Program-made: the position numbers and the translations under genes
Assembly: GCA_976551045.1 (NCBI GenBank)
Contig: CDPCPM010000012.1
Location: 7,068,001 to 7,132,000 of the forward strand
DNA: 64,000 bases
Direction: 5' to 3'
Origin: Glaucostegus cemiculus
Lineage: Eukaryota
The notes under the pieces: generated by a model
The model's input: only the letters and a program-made list of their open reading frames with translations
What the model was told of the DNA's origin: nothing
Database searches by the model: none
Shown here: one piece after another, positions 1 to 13,930 of the stretch
Position numbering within the stretch: position 1 is the stretch's first letter
Layout: each line of letters starts with the position of its first letter

Positions 1-2344
1 GCATTTAAACATTTACATCTGCAAGTAATTTAAAGCTGTCTCGTTTCTCTGTGGTACACTGTGCAATGCAATGGTTAACAAGGAACCCCAACCCCCTTGA
101 GTGCGAAAGATGAAAGCAATGCAAATAATTATTATCACAAAGCCATTAAGTACATCTGTTATCGGTTATATAATCTTTGTCAATTGACAGAATAGAATAC
201 CATTAATGAATCAATAGTTGGAAACTAGTTTGGCTCATTTCATTTTACAGGACATTTTCTGAATTCGGCCTTTGAAAAACAAGCTCTTCTTACGAAGCTG
301 AAAATATAAAACGAATAAAACAATAGTTAAGTCCCCTTCCAGAAAAAAACTGATGTAGACAGGATGAAATGCTCTATGCAAAGCTGATAACCTACGCTGC
401 CATTATGTAAAGACTATTTTTATGGATGATGGTCTCCCCAACAACAGGGCAGCAGCTCTGTCAGCTCTCTTCTACAATATCATGTTTCCAGACTGTAGTC
501 CTGCTACTTACTGCATCGCAGACTAACATCTCTAGTGTGCTATTAATATCAATGAGGAGCAGATTCCATTTCCACGTAAGAAAACCTTCATGTTACACTA
601 CAGTCATTTTGCTGAAGAAGCAAAGTCACAAGACAATATTAAGTGGTGGGTCTAACTGCCTTAGACTGTTCCATATTATCATTTTCAAATAGAGTGTACA
701 AAGGGTCTCCATCAAGAATGATACAAACAGTCAAAAGTCCTCAGTATAAATGATAAAAAAGCAAGACCATGCAATGGAAAAGTAATGAATCAGTTTACTT
801 TATCCATGAATGTTTTATTAGCTGCAAATACAACACTTAATACATTGGACATATGCATTGAGGCATTCCTAGAAGCCACCTGCATGCAAGTACACACTGT
901 ACTCTCCATTCCTATAAACCATAAACTTCAGAGAACTACTCAATTATATTTCAGAAACTGCAATCTGTTAGCAGTTGTAAGCTTATGAATCTTTTTTATT
1001 TCCTCCAAACAAAAACATGTACTAAAAATGTAACTGTAACTGCACTTACCCATTAACTATGAAGCTAAAAAGATTTTGATTATCTGTAATCTTCAGGGAT
1101 TAAAAAGCTACTGAGCTTTTAAAAACTAACTCCTTCAATATTCAACATGAACTCCAATAGACTGCAGTATAATGAAGGACTGGAGGTATGTGATCTAAAC
1201 ACAACAAAAGCCACTGCCTTGCTCTAGATTAAATATTCAGGAAGAGGCCCCTTTGCATAAACACAAACAGTCAGCAAATGAGCAACTGGCTCAAGTCAGC
1301 TGCTCGCTGAGCCATCTACCTGTCCTGCTTTGAGGTGAAAAGTCACTGACATGTTTGTCAGTATCCTTAATGTAAATTCTATCCCAGGGCAGTTATGTGC
1401 TGTTTTTTCCCTTGTCTGACATTCTACCATCATTCTTTGATCTTGTCCTAACACTCTTCATTTTTAGTGTCCCTTAAATTTTATCAATACATTAAAAAAA
1501 ATTCTGAGCAGCAAAGAGACATGTGAATGCTACATTCCAGCCAGTGTATCCAAGCAGTCTGGAGCAGCCTGCTTGAAAAGCCTAGACTGAAACAAACAAA
1601 ACAGAAGCACAGCCCTGAAGAAAATCAGCTGCAAAGCTCTGGATACTGACTGACACATACTGATGCAAGGAGTCAAAGATGTCATTTTCATGCGAGCCTT
1701 ACTTGCTAGAAGCAGGGAAAGAGAAGGACCTCTCGAAAATAAACAGTGTACTATTTCAAAGGCAAGGAATATAGGCATTCCATTGTTGAAGCCAATTATC
1801 AGTGGAAAATAATAACAACAGATGGATTCAGAGTTGCTGACTTGTTTCATACACTTCACTGCTGTCCAACAGATGATGAAATCCTAGAGCCATCTCTAAT
1901 AGTCAAAAGTCAAAAATAGTGCAAGGATTCAGACCACAGATGGGGTCATTTTAGCAGACTTGGTTCGTCCATATGTAAGCTTTTGAGCAAAAAAAGTCTG
2001 CTTTCAATGGTGGGCAGCTGCAGCAAATGTCACACAGACATTTTACCACTATCCACCAAACAAAACAGCCCCCTCCTACTCAAACCTAAATGCCACAAAC
2101 CACGTGTAAATGAAGTAAGATTAAAGTATTGTTGTTGGTTTAAAAAAATTAAGAATGGAAAAAATGAGAATTTGTCTGATAAATTTGTTACACTGGCAAC
2201 AGGATAACATCAGTTATAGTTTACCATAAGTGCATATTTAAAGTAAGCAATCTTAGAGAAGTTTGATAAATTTAGGGAAAAATAGACATGGGCATTTAAG
2301 AAAATCTATGATTTCTCACAAACAGCACAAGTGTATATTTTTGT

Positions 2345-2500
2345 CAAGGCCGGCAATTATTGCCCACCCTTAAATGCCCTGAGGAAGTGGTGGTGAGCCA
2401 GGGTAGGAAAATCCAGTGAAGGTGAACAATGGCAATTCCAATTCTGGATGCTGTGTGACATAGAGGGAATCTGCGGGTGGTGGTATTTCCATGCTCCTAG
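2345..2500 (-). mobile_element. Degenerate 3' fragment of a shark/ray non-LTR retrotransposon
   Basis: Motif 'attattgcccacccttaaatgccctgaggaagtggtggtgagcc...ggtggtggtatttccatg' resembles a common chondrichthyan LINE 3' end (recalled consensus). Confidence 0.45.
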
Positions 2501-2939
2501 CAATTCCTTTATCTTGTAACTTAAATAACAAATGCAAGAAATATTTTGACTCAAACTCTTGCCATGACAGCTACATTTAGCAACTGTCACTTCATAATAA
2601 TTTAAATTGTGCTAAGGTACAAGCCAAATTTGGCCCAGTCCCACGAGTCTTCAGTCTATAGTAATTTTCCTCACACATTCTCCCCACCCATTTCTCATAC
2701 CTGTGAAGACACACACAATAAAGCCTTCTGTTACATTTTTGAGAGAGTCCTGGACACTCATATTCATAGATAAAACAGGAGAGTCTGAAGAATCTGACAT
2801 GGATCACAAATATGAGAGGCTAGAGATGACGGATGGAAGGAGGGGCCAGAGGAGCAGCTCAAAGATCACACATTTAATTACATGTTTTGTCCTTCATCAA
2901 ATAAGAATGACATGAACATGTTACTGTGAAGATCAAGAT

Positions 2940-3420
2940 ATACTTGTATTTATGAGGTGCCTTACACAACTTCAGGTGCCCCAAATGCCTTAGAGCCAAT
3001 TAAAAACTCTTGAAATGAAGTCACCATTGTAATGTAAGAAATGTGGCAGGGAATTTGCCACAGTAAGCTCCCACAAAGAGCAATGAAATCATCAACACAA
3101 ATCCATTCTTGGCGATGGTGATTGAGGAATGAAAATTAGCCAGGACACAAGAGAATTTATGTGTCGGCATAGGCCAGTTGGGCCGAAGTGCCTGCTTCCA
3201 TGCTGCATTACTCTATAACTCCTGTGCTCTTCTTTAAAACAATGCTATGGAATCTTTTATGCCCACTTAATGGGACACAAGTATTTCATTCAAAAGTGTA
3301 CAGTTTCCCAATAAAGCATCAGCTTAACTTTCTATACTCAAACCTCCAGAGATGGACTTGAACCCATATTCTTCTGACTGAGACATAACAGAGCCTTTAA
3401 CAGATCTACAGCTGATACTG
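2940..3420 (-). mobile_element. Ancient Deu-domain SINE (SacSINE1/AmnSINE-like), interrupted by a short CR1-tail fragment at ~3160-3215
   Basis: Deu-like core 'gtcaccattgtaatgtaagaaatgtggcag...gctcccacaaagagcaatga' and 'ctcttctttaaaacaatgctatggaatctttta'; tRNA-like head remnant 'ggacttgaacccat...ttctgactgagac'; embedded 'ggccagttgggccgaagtgcctgcttccatgctg' CR1 tail. Confidence 0.6.
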
Positions 3421-5829
3421 CTAAAGGTATTGCATACACTGTCTCTCTTCTACACATGCACGCACACAAGCACAGACTTCACATCAGTGAACTGTCTGCC
3501 CGAATTCTGCCTCACGTATAAAAAATAATGCTGGTGTTGGTATGTTGCTTCTCGTACAAATCTGGTTACTATCTGACAACACTGCTTTAACAAAGGATAG
3601 TCTACTGGGTTCTTCCGAGTTAAGAGGTACACAAGTTGAGAACATGGGTAAAAATACAGGTTACAGAATACCAACTATTAGGTTAGTAGAACCTGTCATA
3701 GAAATTGCTTTATCTGTCCTGTTCAGACTTTGAGCAAAGCAAATAACAACAGCCACATTTTATAAAAAAAAGTAAACAATATTCTTTTGTCACCGTTACC
3801 AAAATAAATATTTGCAGCAGGGTTCAATTTGTTAAATGCATACCAAGAAATACAATGCCGCTTTTTATATCTACAACATTAGTAAATGCAGTAAACCATT
3901 TCTTTGCCACAATTGTTTTACAACAAATGTTCCTTTTAAATGCAAATAAAGCAAGCAAACAGACATGCTGATCAAAAGCAGCTGATTTTTTTCACGCAAG
4001 GTGCTGATCTCCTCAATAACACACAATGCATGAGTGCTGAAACATTTCAAAACCTGTTCCTGTTGGTTAAATGAATATTTTACAGAAGTCTAATTGCAAA
4101 GCTCTTCAAACATGCCTACACATCGCCTCCAAAATGTTGGTTTTAAAACTTCAGCTATTGCTGCTGAAGTGTCAGTGGTAAAGTCAACGGCAAAATCATG
4201 TCAAATGCTGAAGCAGCTCAACAATGAAAGATGATGAGATCTTGACAAGTTTCAAATTTTTTAACAGTGAAACAGTACAAAATCTGATAAACAGCAAGCC
4301 TCAAGAATAATGGATACTTCACAGTGCATTACATGACTATAACCTAATCAAGAGGTTCAGGTGATATTATGAATCATGACAGTGAAGATATAGAGGTCAT
4401 CTGAACCCTGGGATTAGGTTACTAACTTTAGTTTGCCCTGCTATCTTATATCATTACATAAGTTATATAATATAAGTAGGGTATAGAGTGCTACAGTTAA
4501 AATGTTTATGATCTTTGGGAGAGCTTCAGGCATTTCTTGCCATTTTCACAAGCGTTCTAGTGTCGCACTGCAGTGGTCAATGATGTGTTCTGTCACAGGA
4601 AAGTATTGCACTCATTTGTGACATCATTACTGCAGGACGATTTAGTAAAAAAGACAACTTACACTAGATTAAAGGAAAATGTTAAAATATATGAACATAC
4701 TATCATTGCTCTAAGAATCTGTGAAACAAAACAGACCTCTTTAATTCTACCTCCAGAAAATAAAAGTATTAATAAAACTAAGTAAATAGAACAAGCTTTT
4801 ATTTAAGATATTTTAATTGCAGGATAGTCATACTCCAGCAATAAGCAATTACAACATTTAATGTACAGGGAAGCTTAATTTTTTTTCATCCAACTCCAAT
4901 CCCCACCCTCTCCCATCAATTAAACTAGTGCTAATAAAGGCCTGTGTGGAGAATCATGAATATTGTTCAGGTGTATGATGCCTTAGAGGGCTCTTATGTC
5001 AATCAATAAATTTCACACAATAAGAGCCGGAAGTAGAATGCTGCTGCTCAGATGGTGCCCTATTACCTAATCAGTTGATATGCAAGTGGTTTTGCCAAGA
5101 ATTGAAGAGGTCTGGCAACAATGAAAAGATCTGAGCACACAATGCTTTGTTTCATTCAGTTTATGCAAATAATATAGCTATTAGCAGACAATTAACATTC
5201 TGAAAGCTCATTATTTAAAGGTATTTAAACTATACAAATTACAGATTGCTTTTTTCCTTCCTTTTTGTTGCAATCATGTATAACCAGGAATCATTGCATT
5301 GAAAACAAGGCTACAACCAATTATTGTACTACTACCGAAGAAAATTTTCCTGGAACCTTATTAAGGAATAATCATAATAACCAACCTTATTTTAATACTA
5401 TCAGTTCATACATACTTATCCTTTTTATTCCTCCTTTGTTTACATGTAAAATAGTAACCCTTTGCACATCATGTCAAATACATCAAATTTAAGTATGAGA
5501 CATCTGCAGGCTCCCAGTGGTTAATGGGTTAAATAGAGCGGCATCTTTGGGCCAGAATTTTTTTCTCTCTCTCTCTGACATAGGTAGATGCTTAAGAAGC
5601 CAACCTGCTAAGAAATTTTCAAGATCTTCAAGTTTCTACAATGGAAAAAGATCAGATGTGCGCAGATAATTCACTTTACCCAGTCATCCTGTTAGGCAAT
5701 CACTGAACAATAACTTGAACAGAATAATGAGATGGTAGAACGAGCACACATGCTAAATTTTGAAAAACCTATTCATTACTTAAACATGACTTTGTTTTCA
5801 AGAATGTGATGAGAACACTCTTTATAAAG

Positions 5830-6240
5830 GTAAGGCAGCAACTGTGGAGAGAGAACAGAGTTAACACTGCAGCTCAAAACTGCTTAATAGGAACTGAGAA
5901 AATGAGAAAAGATGTAGAGAGAAAAGGGGACAGGATGGATAGGACAAATAGAAATCTCTAAAAGAATGAGGTCATAGGGGTTGCCTAGATAATCCTAATG
6001 TTTACAATGCCATCTAGTTAAAAGGTTTATTAGGGAGGTTAGAGAGAGGTGAAAAAATGCTGTGAAATGCATGTCAGAGTCATTGATGTAACCAAAACCA
6101 AAAGGAGAATGCTGGAAATGTCCAGCAGTTCAGGCCGTATCTATGGAGGGGAAAAAAATAAGTTAACATTACAGATGGATTACCTTTCTGCTTTCCATTC
6201 TATCAGGTTTCTGAGGTGTGCCTGGCGACTTCCTTTTATA
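5830..6240. mobile_element. Degenerate Penelope-like terminal/purine-rich remnants
   Basis: 'gaatgctggaaatgtccagcagttcaggccgtatctatggaggg...agttaacatt' and 'ggcagcaactgtggagagagaacagagttaac' match the terminal motif of clearer copies at 13430 and 42135. Confidence 0.5.
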
Positions 6241-7159
6241 AAAAAGACCTTCCTGTCAAAGTGGCTAATAAGCCTCACTGTTATTTATGGTATAGCAAGT
6301 TCAAGTGACAGACTAACGTGAAGGAAAAGCCAAATACCCAAAAGTTAACACCCAAGTTGCACTGGCACTCTTCCATTAGCTTTGTGGAAATAGCATTCAC
6401 TGTCTAGTTCAGCACTGAATCCAATGAATGGTACAGTTCTGCATTGCATACATCATTCTTATTTCAGTTTAAGAACCCTAACCATGTGAGAAATGCACAC
6501 GTTGCTAATCTTACTGCTTTGAAAATTAGCTAGTATGAAGTTTTATATCTTTGGGTTTCGATTATCGTTAGAAAATTCATAGATTTTCTTTAAAAATGTT
6601 CTTTGTCTCTTTTTTTCCTCTCAATCCAATCTTTGTTTCTCATTTCATTCTCACTCTCTTACTCTCTGCAAATGATTTGACAATGAGTTCACTCAACAAA
6701 GTTTACAGCTCCTTCTCAGTGCTTGCACTGTTGATTTCCCAGACCATTAATCTGATAGGTAAAAAAGAGAGACTTTCACTTCCACTATTCAGTCAGGCCC
6801 CAGATGCCCCAATCATTGTTATTATGACACAATAAATTCACATTTTACATTTTATATCTGACAAATTGCTGAAAAACTTGTAAGTGCAAATCTAACCAAA
6901 GGCAGAGTTACTTAGGTACACTTTTTGTCATTGACTAAAGAAACTAGAATTAATTTTATTTAAAATCCTTCTATTATCGACATGTAATTTGTTGAATAAT
7001 GGCAAAGACAGTAATGGACAGGTCGCAACCCATCCTTTATCACAGATATGAATGCAAACCACTTTAACATTATGGCCCCTGACCACTGCGATGCAATGGT
7101 ATTTCTTTCAGGGCCATCTGGGTAATTTTCCAACTGCTGATCATACCCACAATCTTTTA

Positions 7160-7390
7160 ATATCAGAATCAGATTTACTATCACTGACATATGAAGTGAA
7201 ATTTGTTGTTTTGCAGTAGCAGTACAGTGCAAAGAAATAAAAATCTATATATGACAAAAATAAATAGTGTATTAAAAAAGGAATAATGAGGTAGTGTTCA
7301 TAGATCGTTCAGAAATGTGATGGTGAAGGGGAAGAAGCTGTTCCTGAATTGTTGAGTTTGGGTCTTCAGGCTCCTGTACCCCCTCCCTAA
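7160..7390 (-). mobile_element. Rex1/Babar-type LINE, 3' end only (5'-truncated)
   Basis: 'atcagaatcagatttactatcactgac...ttgttgttttgcagtagcagtacagtgc...gaagctgttcctgaa...gggtcttcaggctcctgtacc' is clearly homologous to the copy at 8980-9345. Confidence 0.8.
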
Positions 7391-7589
7391 TATATTCATC
7401 AGATAAATGAGATTAAACTTGGCAAATTATTTTCATGAATCCTTCATTTAAAGTAATACATTAGTGATAACTGGCCTTTAAATGAAAGGGTGCTTATTCC
7501 ATTAGCTATGGGGGTGAGAGGGGTCACAGATCTTCTGTGACTCACTGAATGGCAGAGCAGGTTGATAAACTAAATAGCCCACTTGTATT

Positions 7590-7785
7590 CCGATGAGGGG
7601 GAGGAGAGAATGCAGGGGGGAAATGGGGATAAGAAGGTGGTTCAGGGGAAAAGAAGCAAGCTGGTGGGAGGGAAAGAGGGGAGGGGGAACGAGCGGAAAG
7701 GTAAGTGAGGAGAATAAAAGAGGGGGAGACAAAATGGGAGGGGAAGGGACTGGGAAAAGCAAGGGGGGAAATGGGAAGGGGGAAC
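7590..7785 (+). repeat. Purine-rich (G/A) low-complexity tract with many G-runs
   Basis: Almost purely G/A with repeated GGG(G) runs; this explains the ORFs 7502-7813 and 7593-7868. Confidence 0.85.
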
Positions 7786-8329
7786 TAATTTTCATCCACC
7801 ACCCAGATATCAATGGGACAAAAATCAGGCTGGTAATCCACTATAAAAGATTGCACCCAGTAGTTTAGGAGAATATTTACCCCATTCTTTTAATTTTTTC
7901 CTGGTGAACATTTCCAGAAGGATTTTTCTGCTATGAACTGAATGATTCAAAATAGTTCTTCAGAAGATCCATAATCGTGAAATGTTAAATAATCAGGCAA
8001 ACTACATAAAGTTTAACTATCAGCCTCATGTGTATTATACAGCTCGAGCAGACTGAAATGATGCCATAAAGTATGACAGTGAAATTAAAATGATTAATTA
8101 AAAAATTACAACAAAAATATTTGGAAGTTTGAAACACACTTCAAAGTCCAGCATTTTATGTTATTATCAAAATGTAATTGTTTCTTGCATATTTTTCTGT
8201 CAACTTGCTCTTTTCCTTTTTCTATTTCCTTTCCCTTTCAGGGAAGCATTAACCTTTATTAAAGTAGAATACTGAGGTGCCAAGAGCCTCCTTATACCTC
8301 CCAAAGTGGCCATTCCTCAAGGATAAGTA

Positions 8330-8425
8330 GTCAGAGTCATACAGCAGGGAAACAGGCCTTTCAGCCCAACTAGTCCATGCTGACCAAAATGTTCTACCCA
8401 AGCTAGTCTCATTTGCTAGTGTTTG
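8330..8425 (-). mobile_element. CR1 LINE 3' tail fragment
   Basis: 'agagtcatacagcagggaaacaggcctttcagcccaactagtccatgctgacc' is the CR1/HER1-type 3' terminus. Confidence 0.7.
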
Positions 8426-8494
8426 TCGTTATTTAAAAAGTACAGACTTTTAAATCAGATGAACATTCCAAGTTGAGTTATACAGTACATCCAT

Positions 8495-8650
8495 TTTAAC
8501 CAAGGGAAGGAGCTCTTGTACCACTGAGGCCAATTGTTACATCTCAACTGTTGCCTTAGCTTAGATCAGTAAACTCAGCACAACTCGAAATCAAGGCTTA
8601 GCAGGAACAATGTGGTTCAATGATACAAATGGCAATGTATTTACCAATTA
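8495..8650 (-). mobile_element. Ancient tRNA-derived SINE remnant (same family as 48010-48350 and 59950-60130)
   Basis: 'cactgaggccaattgt...agatcagtaaactcagcaca' is the reverse complement of 'tgtgctgaggtagctaat...acaattgcccttagt' at ~48080-48132. Confidence 0.45.
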
Positions 8651-8979
8651 AGCTAAAGGTAGCTATTAGAAATCCTTGATAAAGCCTAACTCAATGTAAT
8701 TTTCCATTGGTCATTGCTGACAAGCACAGTGGAAAGTCTCAATTATTTAATCTTTCTTTACAGACTGATAAGAAAGATTTTAACAGATTAAATGCATGAA
8801 TAAACCTTTTAAGTGTCCTTAAACAATGTTTAATGTAAACAAAAGTTCTTAGTAATCCAAAATTCACATTATTGATGCCAAAAACTAGATACTAAGCCAA
8901 GTTTAATATAGGTGTATTTTTGCACTAGTTGGCTTTTTGGTATTTAGTAATAGACAATGGTTACAGCAGAATTTGTATT

Positions 8980-9345
8980 TCAGAATCAGGTTTATTATTA
9001 TCACTGACAAACATTGTGAAACTTGTTGTTTTGTGGCAGCAGTAAGTTACCAAAAAATAAACAAAATAGTGCAAAAGAGGAATAACGAGGCAGCATTCAT
9101 GGACTGTTCAGAAATCTAATGGCAGAGGGAAAGCAACTATTCCTGAAACATTGAGTGTGGGTCTTCAGGCTCCTGTACCTCCTCCCTGATGGTAGTAATG
9201 AGAAGAGGACACGTCCCGGATGGTGAGGGCCCTTAATGATGGATGCCACCTTCTTGAGGCACTGCCACTTGAAGATGTCCTCAATGGTGGGAAGGGTTGC
9301 GCCTGTGATGGAGCTGGCTGAGTCTACAACCTTCTGTAGCCTCTT
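8980..9345 (-). mobile_element. Rex1/Babar-type LINE 3' fragment encoding the RT C-terminal region
   Basis: Minus strand reads KRLQKVVDSASSITGATLPTIEDIFKWQCLKKVASIIKGPHHPGRVLFSLLPSGRRYRSLKTHTQCFRNSCFPSAIRFLN, the characteristic Rex1/Babar C-terminus; ends in a cagaat-type tail. Confidence 0.9.
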
Positions 9346-9590
9346 TTCATTCTGCCCATTAGAGCCTCTAAACTGTATTTTAAAATGTCTGCAACCTTAT
9401 TATGAAAATGGAAGTAAAACTAAAAACAGCCATTCTTGTACCCTATTCTGTCAACCTTATAAGTAATTATACAAACAAAGCATCTGTATTTCTCTAGCAA
9501 GGAAGAAATATTATTTTACTAAATCAAATCTAAAAGTATAATTCAAAATGGCAACAGTATGGTGGTCCACTGCATTGAAGCACTACTTAG

Positions 9591-9606
9591 CAGCGCCACC
9601 AACTGG
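9591..9606 (-). promoter_or_regulatory. Candidate CTCF-binding site
   Basis: Minus strand CCAGTTGGTGGCGCTG differs by one base from the CCASYAGRKGGCRS core and retains its CpG; motif match only. Confidence 0.3.
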
Positions 9607-12600
9607 ATTCTGCTTTTGACCTCAATTACCTGTGTGAACTATATACCAAACTGAGCTCGGCTGGTCCGTGACAGGGGCAGGGATAAGATCCTCAGGCTGC
9701 TCTTATAATCAACTAATACTTAGTTCACAAACTAGGCATAAGATACCCTGTAAGATCTGTGAATGAAGTTGGCATGTGGCTTGAAGTTCAGGGAATGAAG
9801 AGCAAAGTAGCCTAACAATGATTTTTATGTGTGGAGGGAAATTTTGGATTCACAGCCTTTTTTGTTCAGATCTGACATATATGCTCACATTTCTGGCACT
9901 GAATGCCTGCTGGTGATGGCACTTTTAAGTGTGCAGCAAACACCCTCCAAAAGGTATACAGAAAAGGCAGATCAAGCCATCTGTATGCTCCACAAGCTCA
10001 GCAGCTGAACTTGCTTGCAACGTGAAACAAGACTCACCAATACATTTTGAGGCTGCTACAATATCCAAAGGCTCTTCTCTACATTGTTGTTTAATTAGGC
10101 AAGTAAGAAGATTAACCTTCCAGCCAAACATCATTTATTGATGGCAAGCAACATTAACCTAGCAGCAGTGGCTGAAGCAACAATGTATCAGAAGTCATAC
10201 CAAATGCCTCTTAAAGATATATACATATTCAATATATATACTCTGCTTTCCCCAAAAACGTAATAAACCTGCATCGAGCTACCTACGCATACTATTTTCT
10301 CAAATAACTTTTATATAAAATTAATTTACTAAACACATAAACAGTCAATAACAAAAAAAATCAAGTTTAACATAAATCTAAGTAACAATATACTTAAAAT
10401 TCAACAGTATATGCCCTTGATACTAATTAACCCAATGAATGACCTGACCTCCAAAAGCTTCACATATGACAAATATGAGATCTTGCACTAAAAAAATTTA
10501 CTTCAACTATACACAACAATGAATATAGTCATCACACGCATTTCTCATCATCAGATGTATCACCCAAAACTTAACATGGACAATACCTCATTAACTACTA
10601 CAGAAATTATTATACATTTTTTCCAATGTATTTCCAAGTACCACAAGCTCAATAATTACAAATTTAATTTCCTTTAATATTTCCCAGCTTCTTACTTTCA
10701 TGCACACTATTTCACAATACACCTCTCATTTGACTCACCATGGGCACTTGACCTTTCTCTCAGCTGACCATTTCAAATTAGAAAGTCATCACCTCTGACT
10801 GTCTTCTCTGGTCGTCTTTCAGTGAGCGCAATTTAAACAGCAAGGTTCTCAGCCTCTCTTGCTGCACATTGGCTACAGATTACTGAACCAACGTCAGCTC
10901 AGCAAGTCAAATCTTTACAGCAGTTGCCTTCTTGTGGAAACTTCACATCTATGCAATGTGCCCTATCTGGTAGCAATTAAAGTATCATGGCATATTAAAT
11001 GGATATTCCAAGACTGTGTCGCTTCCAGAACAGCTACAGCATAGTACCTTGTCTTCACCACCTAAGTTATTCACATTCTTGTAACCTTTGGCACTCACAT
11101 GATGACCTTTGAAATTAGTATCTTTAACCTGATGATTTGTTGACCCATAGTTTCTTCTGGTTCCTGGCAGCACATACTGAATGTGCAACCTGCAAAAATC
11201 TCTGAAGGAGCTATGTTAAGATGTCTCACCAAAATTCTTATATCTTCTTGGGAAATTTTTTCCATGGTTCATGGCGCTAATAAGTAGTGCTTTTACCTGT
11301 CCACTAGTAATATCCTCAGTAGTATTATCTCTGTCTTTTCATGTACAGCTCCTCTTCCAGGACCTTGACAATAGCCCAGGAACACCTATACATCTGCTCC
11401 ATTTGAAAGTGAATGGCTATAACCCCTGATACTTCACCAGTTCACCATATAACTTCTTGCCAATTCCTTGGCAGCAATACTAAATGTTGCCAATGAGCAT
11501 CCGTAGGTCCTGCTCTGTACTGCTGCTTTATAAAGCAAATAAACAGGAAGGGACTCCTAACCAAACAGACTTTATTAACAGCGAACAACACTCAATAACA
11601 GCAGTGGCTGATACAGGTCATTGTGATTCACACAGTTCTTATGTACTCTATATACTACAGCTGCCAGTTGCTACTGTTGTACAGATGATTTTCAAAGTTG
11701 TTAAAGTCTGCAGACTGGGGTGTGGCATGTGCTGTCTCTATCCTTATTTCAAGCTGTCTGCACAACCTAGATGCTCTTACACATGGGTACAATTATAGAC
11801 TCTCCCTGTGTAACACAGAGTAACTATGGGAATGAGCAGGCCCAAGCCATGATGCTAGAAGACAAAGAGGTGGGGATTACTCTCAACAGAAGACCATATC
11901 CACCAATGTTCAGGGAGAAATTCTATTTGAATTTCGGAATAGTTATATGAGATGTCAGTAAAAACCTCCTCACAGAAATTCACTACTAATTGCAGCCACA
12001 ATACACCTCACTTTTAGATGGTGCAGTCAGGTTTTATGTTTTGCATTAAGTGGTCCCAGCCTCTAAAAGTTTTCAGCATATTACTGAAATATGCAGCCAC
12101 TCAACAGTGTGGGTAGCAATGGCTGCACGTGGTTAATCATATTAATTAGAATGCAACATAAAATATGCACTACCTGCATCAGATCCATCAGATGCTAGGT
12201 AATCCTGCATTGCTATTCCTTGGTCCATTTATTAAATTTAGTTCCTGTGGTATTTAATGTAAAAACTGCTCAAAAAGCTTGTGATGAGTTTGTCATTAGT
12301 ACTTCATACAATAATTTTCTTTGTGGGTCTACAATTCTACCACCAGAGTAAAGGAAATAGAGCAGAATTGTGAAAGCAGAGAGCTGGCTGCTGAACATGG
12401 GTGTCCTAAATCAGAACAAAGTGAGCAGCAATATAAATAGACTTTTGGCAGTGATACCTGAGCACAGCAGTAACAATGGTAGTTTCTCTCATATTGATTG
12501 GTACTTCTGGGACCACAAATAATGTGGATTAATAGAAGGAATAAAGTTGTATCAAGTTACATTGGTCATTTCTTGTATAGCTCCTGTTCAATGCAAAATC

Positions 12601-13429
12601 CTTATTTTTTTATTATCGACTAGATTCTAAAGAATAATCATACCCATTTTATCAAGAACGAAATCAAAATATATCCTACCACTAAATTTCCATTTTTATT
12701 AAGTGTGAAATATATGGAAACACACTGAATTTTCCCCACAGTCCTCAGTGATTTATTAAAGTTACCAGGTGACACTGGGGACTTCCTAGTGAATTTCAGG
12801 TCACCATGGGTGGAAAGTGATCCTCCTCCCTGGGATTTTGCACTTTAAACACACAGATGCCAGCTACCCATCAGTCAATTAAACAAGTTGCGTCAGCAGG
12901 AGCTACTGAAGAAAGTTAATTTTACTTTCTGTGAGGAGGACTGTACTTGGATGAAGTAAAGGTGCTGTGCAGATTCCACACTGAGCAGAAGCAGGTCAAC
13001 AGCAAATAAGTTCTCAAAGGAAATTATTCTCCTGTCATAATATAAAAGGCTCTTGTATTTACCTTCTATCACTTAAGATAGCATGTTTGAGATCCAAATA
13101 TTTTCTCTGTGGAGAGTAAAGTCAAGCATGTACTCAAATTCACACTGGTGACCTTCATCTGACAACTTTATAAACATGAAACCTGATTATGCTTAGAAAA
13201 TAACAGTGTGACTAGTGCTTACTGGTCACTGTTATTTATGTGCAAATTGTACAGTAATTTTGGACAAAAGGCATATGTATGTTCAAGTCAGAACATCTAG
13301 AAGTTTCTGTCCAAGTTGGTCTGCCCTGACATTAACCTCAAATGCCTGTCTCACCATGAATATATCTTAAGTGTCATAAAATGTCTGCATTTGGGTGACA
13401 GCTATGAACAAAACACAATACAGATACTT

Positions 13430-13557
13430 GCAGCAAAAAACAAACTGCTGGAGGAACTCAGTGAGTCAGGCAGCATCTGTGGAGGGAAATGGACAGTCGA
13501 CGATTTGGGTTGAGACACTTCGTCTGATTCCAGCATCCACAGTCTTTTGCTGTCTCT
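13430..13557. mobile_element. Short Penelope-like terminal remnant
   Basis: 'aaactgctggaggaactcagtgagtcaggcagcatctgtggagggaaatggacagtcgacg...' followed by the inverted end 'attccagcatccacagtc'. Confidence 0.75.
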
Positions 13558-13734
13558 GCATACCAGGAACTCACCAGATTTGTCTCCAGCAACGTATGTA
13601 AGTATTTGAGTCAAAGAGGGCGAGGCTGTCAACACATTATTTTTTATAATTTTGTAAGCAGATGAAAGAGGTAGCTTAAAACTGGTGACCATCTGTAACA
13701 TTTGTGTCCCCTGCTGTGTTATTATCTACCAATC

Positions 13735-13930
13735 AAACAGAAACAGGCCATTCGACCCAACAAGTTCATGCCTGTGTTTATGCTTTGCTTAAGCCTCCTC
13801 TTTTCTTCATCTAAACCTATCATTGTAACCTTCCCTTGTATGCTTTTTCAGTAACTCCATGAAAGAGAGTTCAACACCCTCAAAATCCAGATGGGTGAAG
13901 ATGTTCCATCTGAATTCCCTAGTGACCATC
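13735..13930 (-). mobile_element. Degenerate CR1 3' end
   Basis: 'cagaaacaggccattcgacccaac' tail plus 'gagagttcaacaccctca...ctgaattccct' CR1 3' region. Confidence 0.55.

Noticed and set aside
7502-7868. 103-aa and 91-aa ORFs
   Set aside because: Products of a G/A low-complexity tract that lacks stop codons.
10740-11815. Possible decayed Gypsy pol/LTR (FKGHHVSAKG resembling 'FLGH.VS..G')
   Set aside because: Single weak motif; no YxDD, integrase or paired LTR found.
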